A stretch of 64,000 nucleotides of DNA, from the NCBI GenBank assembly GCA_963809485.1, contig CAWEJX010000020.1:224001-288000 (forward strand), given 5' to 3'. A program made the position numbers and the translations under genes. This document shows, in pieces, positions 34,908-47,445 of this stretch (the first letter of the stretch is position 1; every line of letters begins with the position of its first letter). Under the pieces are notes generated by a model. That model had not been told where the DNA came from. It made no database searches and saw nothing but the letters and a program-made list of their open reading frames with translations. Source of the stretch: an uncultured Acidobacteriota bacterium. Lineage in GTDB: Bacteria > Acidobacteriota > UBA6911.

Positions 34908-37372
34908 TGCGCGGAAGCTCAGAACCTTTGCCTTCGACTCGCTGGTGGGCGAATCCCAGTTTCGTTGCAGCATCCGTCATTATTGCAACGGGGATCCTGT
35001 TTTTCGCGGACGCGCTTTTTACGTCCAAAAGCTTCTATTACCGCGACATCATTAATTTCCATTACCCGTTGCGCAAAGTCCTCATCGACAGCTATGCGAG
35101 CGGAGAATTCCCGCTCTGGAATCCCTACATTTACCTCGGGCAGCCGATGCTGGCGAACCCGAACTACATGGCTTTTTATCCGACAAACCTTCTGCACCTG
35201 ATCCTTCCGTTCAATTACGCCTTCAAGCTCCACTTCATCCTCCATCCCATTGCCGGTGGGCTCGGATTTTTCTTCCTTGCGCGCCGCCTGGGAATACAGT
35301 GGGTCGCGGCTCTCGCCGGCGCTCTTTCCTATGAGTTTTCCGGAGTCACTCTGTCCTTCCTGAACCTCTACAACATCGTTCCCGCGGTGGCCCTCATGCC
35401 GTGGCTGGGGTGGGCTTTTTGCGGGGCATTTCAAAAGCACGCACTGCGCCGCACCATCGTCCTGGGGATTCTGCTTGCCCTTCAGGTAATCGCGTTTGAG
35501 CCGCTGGTTTTTCAATGCAGCCTCCTGCTGCTGGCCGCGCTGGCCGTGCACTGGGCATGGGAACAGGAGAATCGGGCAAGGGCGCTTCGTCTCATACTAA
35601 GCATTTTGGCCGGAGGCGCGCTGCTCGCCGCCGGGCTCGCAGCCATCCAGATATTGCCGACGCTCGAGCTGCTTCCGCTTTCCGCCCGGGGAGGCGGTAT
35701 CGGGCTGGAGCAGGCTGCCGGATGGTCCGCTCATCCGGCCGATCTTCTAAACACGATTATTCCGAATTTCTTCGGATATCCTTTTACCATCGACGCCTCC
35801 GACTACTGGGGAGAGGGGTACCACGAGTCGAAGACCGGATACCTGGTTTCCTTCTTTTTGGGCTGCGTCACCCTATTTCTTTTCAGCCTTTCTTTCTTTT
35901 CAAACCGGAAAAAGCTGAGAGCGGCGCTGCTGGCCTTCTCCGGCATCGGCATTGTCCTGGGACTCGGCAAGTTCACGCCGGTCTATCCGTGGCTTTACGA
36001 ACATGCGCCGCTTTTCAACCTGGGGAGATATCCCTCCAAATATTTCCTGCTCGTCAGCCTCCTTGTCTCTTTGCTTGCATCATTAGGCCTAGAAGCGGTG
36101 ATAAATCCGGCGCATGGCCGGAAACGCATTTCCGCAATCAAAAAGGCCTGCATTGCGTGGATGATTATGGGGGTTCTGGCGGCAGGTCTGTCTTTCTATT
36201 GGAACCTGAATCGAGCGCCTCTGGAAACCATTATCCGGTCTTCCACCATGCCCCACCTCGCGGGGACCAAGAATTTCCCGGCAATTGCAGCGAGCCTGTG
36301 CCATTCCATCCGAGCCGCCGGGGCTTTCATGTTCTTGAGCGGCCTGCTGGTATTGGGATGCCGGCGCATCGGGAAATTCGCAGCGCTGGGGGCAATGTTC
36401 GCAGTCCTCATACCCCTTGAGCTTATGCCTCCAAACCTCGGTCTTGCGCCGCTCATCTCCAACGCTGATATAGATTTTGTTTCGGAGGCCGACCGGTCCA
36501 TCATCGAGGAGACTTCTCATCATCTGTCCCGGGCGGCTTCGCCGAATATCCTGACGCCCCAACCCACGGACTTCGTGCTTCATGCCCCCAACCGGTCGCT
36601 GGCCTGGATGACGCTTTTTTATCGAAGAAGCGGGCAAACGCTGGGCGGCATAGGCAACGGAATTCAATATTCCATCGACAGGGACATCGACCAGCTCAGC
36701 ACGCGTGAAAGCCGGTGGCTGCACCAGCGCTGCCTTGAATTGCCGCCGAAGGACAGGCTGTCCTTGCTCGGAAATCTTAATTCCGGGATGGTCATGTCCG
36801 TGGGAGAACTGCTGGATCCGCGGGTCGAACTACTGCGCCGCTTCGACACGCACAGCGACCTGGATTATCGACTGTACAGGATGAAGGACGCACTGCCCCG
36901 CGCCTATTTCGGCGCCCATGTTATTCGGGCCGCTTCTGCAGAGGAAGCCGGGAACCGCCTGGTTGGGGCCGAACAAGGGCTGGGGCATTCCTTGATTCTG
37001 GAATCAGCGGTGGATCCGCTGCCGGTTGCATCCCAATCGACCGGATGGGCGCAGGTCGCGCGCTACGAAAACAACCGGGTGGTGTGCCGGGTAAATGCAG
37101 ATTCCGCCGGCTACCTGGTCCTTCTCGACAGCTACTATCCGGGATGGAAGACAACGGTGGACGGGCGGGAGGCGAAAATTTTGCGTGCCAATTTCGCTTT
37201 TCGGGCAGTGCCGGTTCCGGAAGGCGATCACACGGTAGAATTCAGATTCGTTCCGTGGACCTTTTATTGCGGTATGGCAGTGACCTTGTCGACGATTCTG
37301 GGGACCGGCGCATTCTGCACCTGGACTTGGATCCGACGCCGCAGGCGCAATATTCCGGCGGATTTGGTTTGA
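34907..37372 (+). CDS. YfhO-family membrane protein (putative GT-C glycosyltransferase)
   Basis: DIINFHYP, PLWNPY..GQP.LA, many TMs, C-terminal DSYYPGW...ANFAFRAV.VP.G.H.VEF. Confidence 0.88.
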   Translation: MRGSSEPLPSTRWWANPSFVAASVIIATGILFFADALFTSKSFYYRDIINFHYPLRKVLIDSYASGEFPLWNPYIYLGQPMLANPNYMAFYPTNLLHLILPFNYAFKLHFILHPIAGGLGFFFLARRLGIQWVAALAGALSYEFSGVTLSFLNLYNIVPAVALMPWLGWAFCGAFQKHALRRTIVLGILLALQVIAFEPLVFQCSLLLLAALAVHWAWEQENRARALRLILSILAGGALLAAGLAAIQILPTLELLPLSARGGGIGLEQAAGWSAHPADLLNTIIPNFFGYPFTIDASDYWGEGYHESKTGYLVSFFLGCVTLFLFSLSFFSNRKKLRAALLAFSGIGIVLGLGKFTPVYPWLYEHAPLFNLGRYPSKYFLLVSLLVSLLASLGLEAVINPAHGRKRISAIKKACIAWMIMGVLAAGLSFYWNLNRAPLETIIRSSTMPHLAGTKNFPAIAASLCHSIRAAGAFMFLSGLLVLGCRRIGKFAALGAMFAVLIPLELMPPNLGLAPLISNADIDFVSEADRSIIEETSHHLSRAASPNILTPQPTDFVLHAPNRSLAWMTLFYRRSGQTLGGIGNGIQYSIDRDIDQLSTRESRWLHQRCLELPPKDRLSLLGNLNSGMVMSVGELLDPRVELLRRFDTHSDLDYRLYRMKDALPRAYFGAHVIRAASAEEAGNRLVGAEQGLGHSLILESAVDPLPVASQSTGWAQVARYENNRVVCRVNADSAGYLVLLDSYYPGWKTTVDGREAKILRANFAFRAVPVPEGDHTVEFRFVPWTFYCGMAVTLSTILGTGAFCTWTWIRRRRRNIPADLV

Positions 37373-37479
37373 AAACGCATTTTTTGCCACAAACACGACG
37401 GCCGCGAATTCCGCCGGTTTTGTCCGGGATATGAGTCCCGGGGCAACCGGTGAATTTCGCGGCCGCGGTATTTCAGGCT

Positions 37480-40400
37480 TTATCCCAGGTCGACCTGCTT
37501 GGACTTGACAGCGTCCGGATCGTGCGCACCGGACATGAGGTCGGCGTTAGCATCGCCTTCAACCTCCGCCTCGGGCGCTTCCATGGGAACCATTTCCTCA
37601 GTGAGCTTGATGTTGTGGTAATACTCCATACCCGTGCCGGCGGGGATGAGCCTTCCCATGATCACGTTTTCCTTGAGTCCGCGCAGGTAGTCGACCTTGC
37701 CGCTGATCGCGGCTTCGGTGAGCACGCGCGTGGTCTCCTGGAATGAGGCAGCCGAAATAAAGCTGTCGGTGGACAGCGACGCCTTGGTGATGCCCAGAAG
37801 CAAAGGCCGCCCTTTGGCCGGCGCGCCTCCGGCAGTTTCCACCCGTTCATTCTCTTCGTAGAACCGGAACTTGTCCACCTGCTCTTCCAGCAGGAACTCG
37901 GTGTCGCCGACCTCCTCGACTTTGATCCAGCGCATCATCTGGCGGACAATCACCTCAATGTGTTTGTCGTTGATGTTGACGCCCTGCAGACGATAGACCT
38001 CCTGAATCTCGTTAACCAGGTAGCTCTGGAGTTCCTTTTCGCCCAGCACGCGCAGAATATCGTGCGGATTGCGCGGTCCGTCCATCAGCGCTTCACCGGC
38101 GCGCACATATTCGCTTTCCTGAACGTTGATGTGGACTCCCCGCGGGAGGAGGTACTCTTTGACGATTCCGCTCTCGTGGTGCACCTCGATTTTGCGCTGG
38201 CCGCGCACCAGCCCTGCATATTTTACCTGGCCGTCGATCTCGGTGATCACCGCGGTTTCTTTCGGCTTGCGCGCCTCGAAAAGCTCCACGATGCGCGGCA
38301 GACCGCCCGTGATGTCCTTGGTTTTGCGGGTCTCGCGGGGGATTTTGGCTAGGATGCTGCCCGGATAAACCTCTTCCGAATTATCCACCCAGAGGTGAGC
38401 CTTCGACGGGAGCAGGTAGCTCTTGACGACCTTCCCCTTGTCATTCTTTATGCTGATCTGGGGCTGATACTTCTCATCGGGTGACTCGGTGATGACCTGG
38501 CGCACGAGGCCTGTGTTTTCGTCGCGCTCTTCTTTAACCGTTATGCCGTCGTGGATGTCCTTGAATGCGACCGTTCCGCCGAATTCCGTGAGGATGGCGA
38601 AAGAATACGGATCCCACTCTACCAGCACCTGGCCGGGCTTGATTTTCTGACCTTCCTTCACTTTAAGGATGGCGCCGTACGCCACGGAATACCGTTCCTT
38701 CTCGCGCCCCGCTTCGTCGGCGATAATCAGCGTTCCGTTCCGGTTCATAACCACCAGGTTGCCGTCCCTGTTGGTCACGTGCTGGATGTTCAGGAACTTG
38801 ACGATCCCTTCGTTCTTGGATTCCTCTGTCGACTGTTCGTGGGTCCGGCTTGCCGTACCGCCGATATGGAACGTCCGCATGGTCAACTGCGTTCCGGGTT
38901 CGCCGATGGACTGGGCGGCGATCACGCCCGTGGCTTCGCCGAGGTCCACCATCTGCCCGGTCGCGAGGTTGCGCCCGTAACATTTGATGCAAACACCCCG
39001 TTTGGCTTTGCAGGTCAAAACGGAACGGATCTTGACCCGCTCGATGCCTGCCGCCTGTATGTCGGAGGCCAGGGTTTCGGTGATATCTTCATTCACGCCC
39101 AGGATGGTCTCTCCCGTTAGCGGGTCTTTGATATTTTCGAGCGACACGCGCCCGACGATACGGTCGCGCAGCGGCTCGATGATCTCTCCGCCTTCGATGA
39201 TGGAAGTCACATAAATGCCGTCCAGGGTATTACAGTCGAATGTCGAAACGATCACGTCCTGTGCGACATCGACCAGGCGCCGGGTCAGATAGCCCGAATC
39301 GGCCGTTTTGAGCGCCGTATCGGCGAGACCCTTGCGGGCGCCGTGGGTCGAAATGAAGTACTGCAACACATCCAGGCCTTCGCGGAAATTGGCCGTGATC
39401 GGGGTTTCGATGATTTCGCCCGAAGGTTTCGCCATCAGGCCGCGCATGCCGGCGAGCTGCCGGATCTGCTGTTTGCTTCCGCGCGCTCCGGAGTCCGCCA
39501 TGATGTAAATCGGGTTGAATTCATACCCGCTCTCATCCTGCTGCGCCATCTTGCGGAACATTTCATCGGATACTTTTTCGGTCACATCGGACCAGATATC
39601 GATGATCTTGTTGTAGCGTTCGCCATCGGTGATGGCGCCGTCCTGGTATTGCTTTTCCACCTCGATGACGCTTTCGCGGGCGCCATCGACCAGATCGCCC
39701 TTGTTGTCGGGCACGATCAGATCGTCGATGCCGATGGAAATTCCGGCCATGGTCGCGTGCAGGAAGCCGAGGTTTTTCAGGTCGTCGAGCATCTGCACCG
39801 TGGTTTCGAGGCCGAAATTCAGGTAGCAGTAGTTGACCAGCTGCTGCAGCCCTTTCTTTTTCATCAGGCCGTTGATGAAGGGCATGCCTTTGGGAAGTAT
39901 CGAATTGAAAATCAGGCGCCCGATCGTTGTGTTGACGAATTCCTGATTCACTTCGCGGATGTCGGCCCGCATCACCGCCTGGTCGTCATACTGCGTGGTC
40001 AGGTCCATGAGGGCGCCGGTGAACCGGTAGCGGATGGGCGTGAGCCGCTCGACCATGCTGTTGTCGAGGGCGAACATTGCCTCATCGTAGGTCCCGAACA
40101 CGCGACCCTCGCCTTTCGTTCCCTTTTTGGCCTTGGTGAGGTAGTAGCACCCCAGCACGATATCCTGGCTGGGGATGGCGATCGGCTGGCCGTTGGCGGG
40201 GGAAAGGATATTGTGGCTGCTCAGCATGAGCACCGATGCCTCGATCTGAGCCTCCGGAGACAGCGGGATGTGCACGGCCATCTGGTCGCCGTCGAAGTCC
40301 GCGTTGAATGCCGCACAGACCAGGGGCGGGATCTTGATGGCTTTGCCTTCCACCAGAACCGGCTCAAAGGCCTGAATCCCGAGGCGGTGCAGCGTAGGGG

Positions 40401-41676
40401 CGCGGTTCAGCAGCACCGGGTGGTCCTTGATGACCTCCTCGAGGATGTCCCAAACCACATATTCCTGCCGCTCCACCATCTCTTTGGCGCCTTTGATGGT
40501 CGCCGCATGTCCTTCTTTCTCGAGCCGGTTGTAAATGAACGGCTTGAAAAGCTCCAGGGCCATCTTCTTGGGCAACCCGCACTGGTGCAGTTTCAGCTCG
40601 GGGCCGACCACGATAACCGAGCGGCCGGAATAGTCCACGCGCTTGCCCAGGAGGTTCTGACGGAATCGCCCGGATTTTCCTTTGAGGGTGTCGCTGAGCG
40701 ATTTCAGCGGACGGTTGTTCGCGCCGCGTAGGACGCGGCCGCGCCGCCCGTTGTCGAACATCGCGTCCACCGCTTCCTGAAGCATCCTCTTCTCGTTCCG
40801 GATAATGACTTCGGGTGCCCGGAGCTCCATCAGCTTTTTCAGACGGTTGTTCCGGTTGATCACGCGCCGGTAGAGGTCGTTGAGATCCGAGGTGGCGAAT
40901 CGTCCTCCGTCGAGGGGAACGAGGGGCCGCAGTTCCGGAGGGATAACCGGGATAACGTCCAGGATCATCCATTCGGGCTTGTTGCCCGATTTGCGGAACG
41001 CGTCCACAACTTTCAGGCGCTTGGCATACTTGATGCGCTTCAGCTGCGAGGTTTCCGTCTTCATGGACGCGCGTAGCTCATCGGCAATCTCTTCGATGTC
41101 CACCTGCTTCAGAAGCTCCTTGATCGCCTCCGCGCCCATCATGGCCCTGAATTTGCCCGGGTATTCCTGTATCAGCGCCCGGTACTTCTCTTCGTTGAGG
41201 AGTTCCCCGGCCTTGACCGGAGCATCCCCGGCATCGACCACGACGTAAGCCTCGAAATAGAGCACCCGCTCCAGGTCCCTGAGGCTGATGTCGAGAAGGT
41301 GGCCGATGCGGCTGGGCAGCCCCTTGAAAAACCAGACGTGGGAGCACGGAGAAGCCAGTTCGATGTGGCCCAGCCTCTCACGCCGCACCTTGGAAAGGGT
41401 CACTTCCACACCGCATTTGTCGCAAACGACTCCGCGGTACTTCATGCGTTTGTATTTGCCGCACAGGCATTCCCAGTCCGTGACAGGGCCGAAAATCCGG
41501 GCGCAAAAAAGCCCGTCTTTCTCAGGCTTGAAGGTACGGTAGTTGATGGTCTCGGGCTTGGTAACCTCCCCGCGCGACCAGGCTCGTATCTTCTCCGGCG
41601 ATGCCAGGCTGATCCGAATGCTGTCGAAGTCAGTGCTCAAATCCGATTTTTCCATCACATCTTTAAAACTTCTCAA
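37480..41676 (-). CDS. rpoC: RNA polymerase beta' subunit
   Basis: [24 protein letters not shown]; TTG start (an alternative ATG lies 7 codons downstream). Confidence 0.98.
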   Translation of the reverse strand: MRSFKDVMEKSDLSTDFDSIRISLASPEKIRAWSRGEVTKPETINYRTFKPEKDGLFCARIFGPVTDWECLCGKYKRMKYRGVVCDKCGVEVTLSKVRRERLGHIELASPCSHVWFFKGLPSRIGHLLDISLRDLERVLYFEAYVVVDAGDAPVKAGELLNEEKYRALIQEYPGKFRAMMGAEAIKELLKQVDIEEIADELRASMKTETSQLKRIKYAKRLKVVDAFRKSGNKPEWMILDVIPVIPPELRPLVPLDGGRFATSDLNDLYRRVINRNNRLKKLMELRAPEVIIRNEKRMLQEAVDAMFDNGRRGRVLRGANNRPLKSLSDTLKGKSGRFRQNLLGKRVDYSGRSVIVVGPELKLHQCGLPKKMALELFKPFIYNRLEKEGHAATIKGAKEMVERQEYVVWDILEEVIKDHPVLLNRAPTLHRLGIQAFEPVLVEGKAIKIPPLVCAAFNADFDGDQMAVHIPLSPEAQIEASVLMLSSHNILSPANGQPIAIPSQDIVLGCYYLTKAKKGTKGEGRVFGTYDEAMFALDNSMVERLTPIRYRFTGALMDLTTQYDDQAVMRADIREVNQEFVNTTIGRLIFNSILPKGMPFINGLMKKKGLQQLVNYCYLNFGLETTVQMLDDLKNLGFLHATMAGISIGIDDLIVPDNKGDLVDGARESVIEVEKQYQDGAITDGERYNKIIDIWSDVTEKVSDEMFRKMAQQDESGYEFNPIYIMADSGARGSKQQIRQLAGMRGLMAKPSGEIIETPITANFREGLDVLQYFISTHGARKGLADTALKTADSGYLTRRLVDVAQDVIVSTFDCNTLDGIYVTSIIEGGEIIEPLRDRIVGRVSLENIKDPLTGETILGVNEDITETLASDIQAAGIERVKIRSVLTCKAKRGVCIKCYGRNLATGQMVDLGEATGVIAAQSIGEPGTQLTMRTFHIGGTASRTHEQSTEESKNEGIVKFLNIQHVTNRDGNLVVMNRNGTLIIADEAGREKERYSVAYGAILKVKEGQKIKPGQVLVEWDPYSFAILTEFGGTVAFKDIHDGITVKEERDENTGLVRQVITESPDEKYQPQISIKNDKGKVVKSYLLPSKAHLWVDNSEEVYPGSILAKIPRETRKTKDITGGLPRIVELFEARKPKETAVITEIDGQVKYAGLVRGQRKIEVHHESGIVKEYLLPRGVHINVQESEYVRAGEALMDGPRNPHDILRVLGEKELQSYLVNEIQEVYRLQGVNINDKHIEVIVRQMMRWIKVEEVGDTEFLLEEQVDKFRFYEENERVETAGGAPAKGRPLLLGITKASLSTDSFISAASFQETTRVLTEAAISGKVDYLRGLKENVIMGRLIPAGTGMEYYHNIKLTEEMVPMEAPEAEVEGDANADLMSGAHDPDAVKSKQVDLG

Positions 41677-41760
41677 TTGCCCCCCCCATCCTATGAGGTT
41701 TAATCCCGCAATTCGTTTAATCCAAATTCAACGTTTCGTTCCAGCTGAAGGCTGGCGCTC

Positions 41761-41823
41761 GAATGACGAATTTCGAATGACGTGTGTTTCAATTCGAGCT
41801 TCGTCATTCGTAATTCGTCATTC
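41761..41823. repeat. Inverted pair of heptamer tandem repeats (GAATGAC/GAATTAC type)
   Basis: GAATGACGAATTTCGAATGACG ... TCGTCATTCGTAATTCGTCATTC; includes the rpoB stop codon. Confidence 0.8.
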
Positions 41824-44800
41824 TGCAATCGGTTCGGCGCGGCGCGCCTTCTGTTTCTGAATCAACTCCACATCGAGGCAGAGGCTCTGCAGCTCGCGTA
41901 TCAGAACGTTGAAGGACTCGGGGATTCCCGGCGTGAAATGGGATTCCCCTTTGACGATGGCTTCATAAATTTTGGTGCGGCCCTGTATGTCGTCGGACTT
42001 TGCCGTCAAAAGTTCCTGGAGGATGTTGGCCGCGCCGTAGGCTTCCAGAGCCCAGACTTCCATTTCCCCGAACCTCTGGCCGCCGAACTGCGCTTTCCCG
42101 CCCAAAGGCTGCTGGGTGATGAGAGAGTACGGGCCGATGCTCCGGGCATGAATCTTGTCATCCACGAGGTGGGACAGCTTCAGGATGTAGATGTATCCGA
42201 CCGTAACCTTCTGATCGAATCGCTCGCCCGTCATCCCGTCGTAAAGGTCGATTTTGCCGCTCTCGGGCAACTCCGCCCGTTTCAGCATCTCCTTGATCTC
42301 CGACTCCGAAGCTCCGTCGAAAACCGGCGTCGAGAAATAGAGCCCCAGGGCTTTGGCGGCCCATCCGAGGTGCGTTTCCAGGATCTGCCCCACGTTCATA
42401 CGGGAGGGCACGCCGAGAGGATTCAGAACGATCTCGATCGCGGTGCCGTCCGGCAGGTAGGGCATATCCTCTTCCGGCAATATACGCGCGATCACGCCCT
42501 TGTTCCCATGGCGCCCGGCCATCTTGTCGCCGACCGACAGCTTGCGTTTCATGGCGACATAGACTTTGACCATTTTGATCACGCCGGGGGGGAGCTCGTC
42601 CCCGCGGCGCAGTTTCTGGAGCTGCTCTTCGTGGAGGTTTTTCAGTATCTGGATCTGCTTCTCAGTTTTTTCCTCGAGCCTCTTGACGCTCTCGTAAACT
42701 TTCCCTTCCTTTTCGGCCTTGAAATCGTTCTTTATCTTGTTCAGTTCGGTCGAACTGAGTTCCTGGAGCACGGAACGCGTCAACTTGGTCTTCTTTTTGA
42801 TCAGCACTTCCCCGGACCGGCTGAGGATATCGTCGGGCAGCACTTCGCCGCTGAAAATATCGATGAGGCGCTTGTTCCGCTCCTCCTTGATAATGCGGAT
42901 CTCGTCGTTGAGATCCTTCTCCATTTTGTCGACCTGTTCCTTCTCGATCTGCTTGGCGCGTTCATCCTTCGGAACGCCCTTGCGCGAAAAGATTTTGACA
43001 TCGACAATCGTGCCCTCGATGCCGGGAGGCGTCACCAGGGAAGCGTCCCGGACCTCTCCCGCCTTTTCGCCGAAAATTGCCCGGAGCAGCTTTTCCTCAG
43101 GCGACAACTGGGTCTCGCCCTTGGGAGTCACTTTGCCGACCAGGACATCTCCGGGCCGCACCTTGGCGCCGATGCGGATGATCCCGCTCTCATCCAGATC
43201 GCGCAGGCTGGCGTCGCTGACATTGGGGATGTCGCGCGTGATTTCCTCGGGCCCCAGCTTTGTGTCCCGGGCCTCGATTTCCAGCTCCTCGATATGGATG
43301 GACGTGTAGCTGTCCTCTTTGACCAGCTTTTCGCTGACCAGGATGGCATCCTCGAAGTTGTAGCCGCGCCAGGGCATGAACGCGACCAGAACGTTGCGGC
43401 CAAGAGCAAGTTCGCCCTTGTCCGTGCACGGGCCGTCCGCCAGGACCTGTCCGCGCAGCACGGGCGCCCCTCTCTGGACAAGGGGCATCTGATTGATGCA
43501 GGTATTCTGGTTCGAGCGCTTGAACTTGGTAAGGGCGTAGATGTCCACGCCTGCATCGCGGGCGGCGGACTTGCCGTTTCCGCCGTCTCCTTCGACGCGG
43601 ACGATGATGCGCGTGGAGTCCACGCTGTCGACCAGGCCCGCGCGCTTGCAGATGACCACTGCACCGGAATCCTTGGCGGTGAGGTACTCCATTCCCGTCC
43701 CGATATACGGAGCCTCAGCATGCAGGAGGGGAACCGCCTGGCGCTGCATGTTCGATCCCATGAGAGCGCGGTTCGCGTCGTCGTGTTCGAGGAAGGGGAT
43801 CAGGCTGGCCGCCACGCTCACCAGCTGCTTGGGCGAAACATCGATGTACTGGACATCTTCCTTCGGGACAAGCACGAAGTTGCCTCCCTTGCGCGCATTG
43901 ACGCGGTCCTGCAGCATCTTGCCATGCTCATCCAGCTCGACGTTGGCCTGGGCGATGGTATATTCCTCCGCTTCCCAGGCTGTCTGGTAGAAGGAATAGG
44001 GGTCATACTGAGACGGACGCTTTTCGGCGGCTTCGCAGCGCCGGTTTTCTTTTTCCACCAGATCCTTCTCGATCCGTTCGCCCACCTTGAAATGCGTATC
44101 ACCCGGGAAAACGATGTGACAGAATTCCAGGGCTCTGCCGTCCTTGACTTTGCGGTACGGAGACTCGATGAAGCCGTACTCATTGATTCGTGCGTAGCAG
44201 CTCAGGGAGGATATCAGGCCAATATTCGGTCCTTCCGGAGTCTCGATCGGGCAGATGCGCCCGTAATGAGTGGGATGCACGTCCCGGACCTCGAATCCCG
44301 CCCGTTCACGGCTAAGACCTCCCGGACCAAGGGCCGAAAGCCGGCGCTTATGCGTAATCTCAGAGAGCGGGTTGGTCTGGTCCATGAATTGCGAGAGCTG
44401 GCTGCTCCCGAAAAATTCCCTTATGGAGGCCATGACCGGCTTGGCATTGATCAGGTCATGCGGCATGGCGGTGGTCATTTCCTGGTGAACGGACATCTTT
44501 TCCTTGATGGCGCGCTCCATGCGGACCAGACCGATGCGGAACTGGTTTTCGAGCAGTTCGCCGACGGCGCGCACCCTGCGGTTACCAAGGTGGTCGATAT
44601 CATCCACGCTACCGATATTTTTGACGAGCCTGAGGGCATATTTAATGACCGCGTAAAAATCCTCTGCTGTCAGCGTGCGCTGATCCAGCGAAGTGTTCAG
44701 ACCCAGCTTGATGTTGAACTTGAGCCGCCCAACCTTGGAGAAATCATACTTGCGCGGGTCATAGAACATGCCTTCAAACAGGGCCGTTGCGGTTTCCAGG

Positions 44801-46122
44801 GTCGGCGGATCACCCGGCCGCTGCTTCCGGTAGATTTCGATGAGTGCGTCGGCCTGGGATTTTATGTGGTCCTTGTTGAGGGTCTGAGAAATCGTGGCTC
44901 CCGTGTCTTCCCGTTCGGGGAAGAATACCTCCAGCGAATAAATTCCGGACTCGCTCAGGACGGTAAGGATCCGGGGAGTCACTTCGGTGTTGGACTCCGT
45001 GAGGATTTCCCCCGTTTCGTGGTTGATCACTTCCGAGATGCACAGGGCGCCCGCCAGAGCCTCGAACTCGGTCCTGATCTCTTTCACGCCGGCCTTCACG
45101 ACCTGGTTGTAAAGCCCTTCGACAATTTTCTTGCCCTTTGGGACGAGAATCCCCTTGCCCTTGGGATCCTTGATGTCGTCGTTAGCCTTGGATCCTATCA
45201 GATCCCGGCCGAGGGTCCGGTAGAGTTCTTTTTCCTCCCAGCGGATGGTTACAGGCTCGTAGAAAGCCCGGAGTATATCGGCGTCGCCGCTGAGCCCCAG
45301 GGCCCGCAGAAATGTGGTGGCCAGGAACTTCCTCTTGCGGTCGATGCGGACATACAGGATGTTCTTCTGGTCGAATTCAAATTCGACCCAGGATCCCCGG
45401 TAGGGAATGATCTTGGCCAGGATGAAGGTACGCCCCGCGTTGGATTCGAAAAACACGCCGGGGGATCGATGCAGCTGGCTGACGATGACCCGCTCCGTGC
45501 CGTTTACGATGAAGGTCCCGTTTTCCGTCATTAGCGGGATATCGCCGAAATAGACCTCCTGCTCCTTGATATCGCGGACGCTCTTCCCCTCGGTTTCGGC
45601 ATCCTTATCCCACACGACCAGGCGCACGGTGACTTTCAAGGGAACAGCAAAGGTCATGCCTCTTTCCTGGCATTCCTCCACGGTGTATTTGACGTTCAGT
45701 TCAACCGTGCCGCCGCAAAATTCGCATCGCGGATTTTCAATTTCGTTCTTCGCGCCGCAGTGTCTGCAATTGCCGCTTTCCGGATTATAGGGGCTGTTGA
45801 CGATCGCCTTGCCGCATTCCGCGCAGGCAGCTTTCAGGTAGTCCAGTCCCTTCAGATTTCCGCACTTGCACTGCCAGTTCCCGATCGAGTATTCCACGAA
45901 TTCCAGAGAGGAGGTGCCGCGGAAATCGTTGATGGGGAACACCGAGTTGAAAACGGCCTGGAGTCCCACATCCTCGCGTTCCGGCGGAGGAACGTCCATC
46001 TGCAGAAAGCGATGGTACGATTTTCTCTGAACTTCGATCAAATTCGGAATAGGGATACTGGTGTGGATCTTGGCAAAATCCATGCGATCCCGATACACAT
46101 TCGAAGTGCTGATATTGGTCAT
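41818..46122 (-). CDS. rpoB: RNA polymerase beta subunit
   Basis: [39 protein letters not shown]. Confidence 0.98.
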   Translation of the reverse strand: MTNISTSNVYRDRMDFAKIHTSIPIPNLIEVQRKSYHRFLQMDVPPPEREDVGLQAVFNSVFPINDFRGTSSLEFVEYSIGNWQCKCGNLKGLDYLKAACAECGKAIVNSPYNPESGNCRHCGAKNEIENPRCEFCGGTVELNVKYTVEECQERGMTFAVPLKVTVRLVVWDKDAETEGKSVRDIKEQEVYFGDIPLMTENGTFIVNGTERVIVSQLHRSPGVFFESNAGRTFILAKIIPYRGSWVEFEFDQKNILYVRIDRKRKFLATTFLRALGLSGDADILRAFYEPVTIRWEEKELYRTLGRDLIGSKANDDIKDPKGKGILVPKGKKIVEGLYNQVVKAGVKEIRTEFEALAGALCISEVINHETGEILTESNTEVTPRILTVLSESGIYSLEVFFPEREDTGATISQTLNKDHIKSQADALIEIYRKQRPGDPPTLETATALFEGMFYDPRKYDFSKVGRLKFNIKLGLNTSLDQRTLTAEDFYAVIKYALRLVKNIGSVDDIDHLGNRRVRAVGELLENQFRIGLVRMERAIKEKMSVHQEMTTAMPHDLINAKPVMASIREFFGSSQLSQFMDQTNPLSEITHKRRLSALGPGGLSRERAGFEVRDVHPTHYGRICPIETPEGPNIGLISSLSCYARINEYGFIESPYRKVKDGRALEFCHIVFPGDTHFKVGERIEKDLVEKENRRCEAAEKRPSQYDPYSFYQTAWEAEEYTIAQANVELDEHGKMLQDRVNARKGGNFVLVPKEDVQYIDVSPKQLVSVAASLIPFLEHDDANRALMGSNMQRQAVPLLHAEAPYIGTGMEYLTAKDSGAVVICKRAGLVDSVDSTRIIVRVEGDGGNGKSAARDAGVDIYALTKFKRSNQNTCINQMPLVQRGAPVLRGQVLADGPCTDKGELALGRNVLVAFMPWRGYNFEDAILVSEKLVKEDSYTSIHIEELEIEARDTKLGPEEITRDIPNVSDASLRDLDESGIIRIGAKVRPGDVLVGKVTPKGETQLSPEEKLLRAIFGEKAGEVRDASLVTPPGIEGTIVDVKIFSRKGVPKDERAKQIEKEQVDKMEKDLNDEIRIIKEERNKRLIDIFSGEVLPDDILSRSGEVLIKKKTKLTRSVLQELSSTELNKIKNDFKAEKEGKVYESVKRLEEKTEKQIQILKNLHEEQLQKLRRGDELPPGVIKMVKVYVAMKRKLSVGDKMAGRHGNKGVIARILPEEDMPYLPDGTAIEIVLNPLGVPSRMNVGQILETHLGWAAKALGLYFSTPVFDGASESEIKEMLKRAELPESGKIDLYDGMTGERFDQKVTVGYIYILKLSHLVDDKIHARSIGPYSLITQQPLGGKAQFGGQRFGEMEVWALEAYGAANILQELLTAKSDDIQGRTKIYEAIVKGESHFTPGIPESFNVLIRELQSLCLDVELIQKQKARRAEPIAE

Positions 46123-46406
46123 TGAGAAATTTACCTCGAAAAGCTCAATTAGGTTTCGACGTGCCTTTGGGGGGAGCCCAATTCAGGGGATAAAGGGAGA
46201 AAGGCACACCCCGGCCCTTATCCGCCTGAGAGCGCAAAATTTTAACTCTCTGTTTCCCCGAATCTGAAGGCCTGTGCACTGTGACCTCATATTGGGGCGT
46301 GCAATTGGGAGGCCCGCTGGAGCCAGCGTCCGAACGCAATAAGGATCGGGGCGGCCTATCCCGCGAAATCCCTGTCCCGCACCCAGGCGCGCGTTCGCGA
46401 GTCGCG

Positions 46407-46796
46407 TTACTTGATCTCCACGGTAGCGCCGGCTTCCTCGAACTTCTTTTTGATGGTCTCGGCTTCTTCCTTGGAAACGCCTTCCTTGATCGGCTTGGGA
46501 GCGCCCTCGACCAGGTCCTTGGCTTCCTTCAAGCCCAGGCTCGTCACTTCGCGAACCGCTTTGATTACATTGATCTTTTTTTCGCCGACAGCGCTCAGAA
46601 TGACGTTGAATTCCGTCTTTTCTTCCGCTGCAGGCTTTGCCTCGGCGCCGCCCGCGGGAGCACCGCCCACCATCATCGGCATGGCGGCCGCCGCGCTGAT
46701 GCCGTATTTATCTTCGAGGCTCTTGACCAGGTCCGAAATCTCCAGCATCGTGGCCTGGTCGATCCATTCCAAAACTTCGTTTTTTGTAATCGCCAT
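46407..46796 (-). CDS. rplL: 50S ribosomal protein L7/L12
   Basis: [20 protein letters not shown]. Confidence 0.97.
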   Translation of the reverse strand: MAITKNEVLEWIDQATMLEISDLVKSLEDKYGISAAAAMPMMVGGAPAGGAEAKPAAEEKTEFNVILSAVGEKKINVIKAVREVTSLGLKEAKDLVEGAPKPIKEGVSKEEAETIKKKFEEAGATVEIK

Positions 46797-46848
46797 CTTG
46801 AACTCCTATAGGATTTGATAGAGATGAATTGCCGAAATTGCCCGGCTC

Positions 46849-47355
46849 CTATTTTTGAACCTGTTTCAGAACCAGGTTCAAATTCCGTACCGGAGCCGTC
46901 AGAACCGTATGAAGTCTCTGCAAAGGCGCTTTGAGGAGGAAGACCAGCTTGCCCAGCATCACCTCCCTCGAAGGCATCGAGGCAATCGCCTGTATTTCGC
47001 TCGCAGGAACCACCTTACCCTCGACCAGCGCAGCCTTGAACGCGAAGCTCGGGTTGCTTTTGCTGATCTCGGTCAGAAGCTTGGCCAATCCCACGACATC
47101 CTTGCGATGGTAAGCCACGGCGGTCGGCCCTTCAAAAAAGGGCGTCAGCTGCTCCAGTTTGGTTTCCTTGGCGGCCCGCAGCGCCAGGGTGTTTTTCACC
47201 ACCACGTAACATCCGTCAATTTCCCTGATCTTGCGACGCAATTCCGTCGCATCCACTACCTTCAAACCGCGGTAGTTGATCAGAAAGGCGCTGTTGATCG
47301 AGCGGAACTGCTCGCTCAGGGAATCCACTGTCTGTTGTTTTTCTGCTTTATTCAT
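46849..47355 (-). CDS. rplJ: 50S ribosomal protein L10
   Basis: YRGLKV, VVKNTL, GPTAVA; gene order. Confidence 0.95.
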   Translation of the reverse strand: MNKAEKQQTVDSLSEQFRSINSAFLINYRGLKVVDATELRRKIREIDGCYVVVKNTLALRAAKETKLEQLTPFFEGPTAVAYHRKDVVGLAKLLTEISKSNPSFAFKAALVEGKVVPASEIQAIASMPSREVMLGKLVFLLKAPLQRLHTVLTAPVRNLNLVLKQVQK

Positions 47356-47445
47356 GAGAAAAGACCTTATGGGCACCGGGCCCGGCGTCAAAAGGCCCGA
47401 CTGGACGACGAGGCGCACCTCACGCCAGGCGGGAGCCCGGCATCA

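Noticed and set aside
41782-45534. 1250-aa plus-strand ORF
   Set aside because: Antisense shadow of rpoB caused by codon bias; no recognisable motifs.
47356-47445. L10 leader RNA upstream of rplJ
   Set aside because: The spacer is only 90 nt and I could not match the canonical motif by eye.
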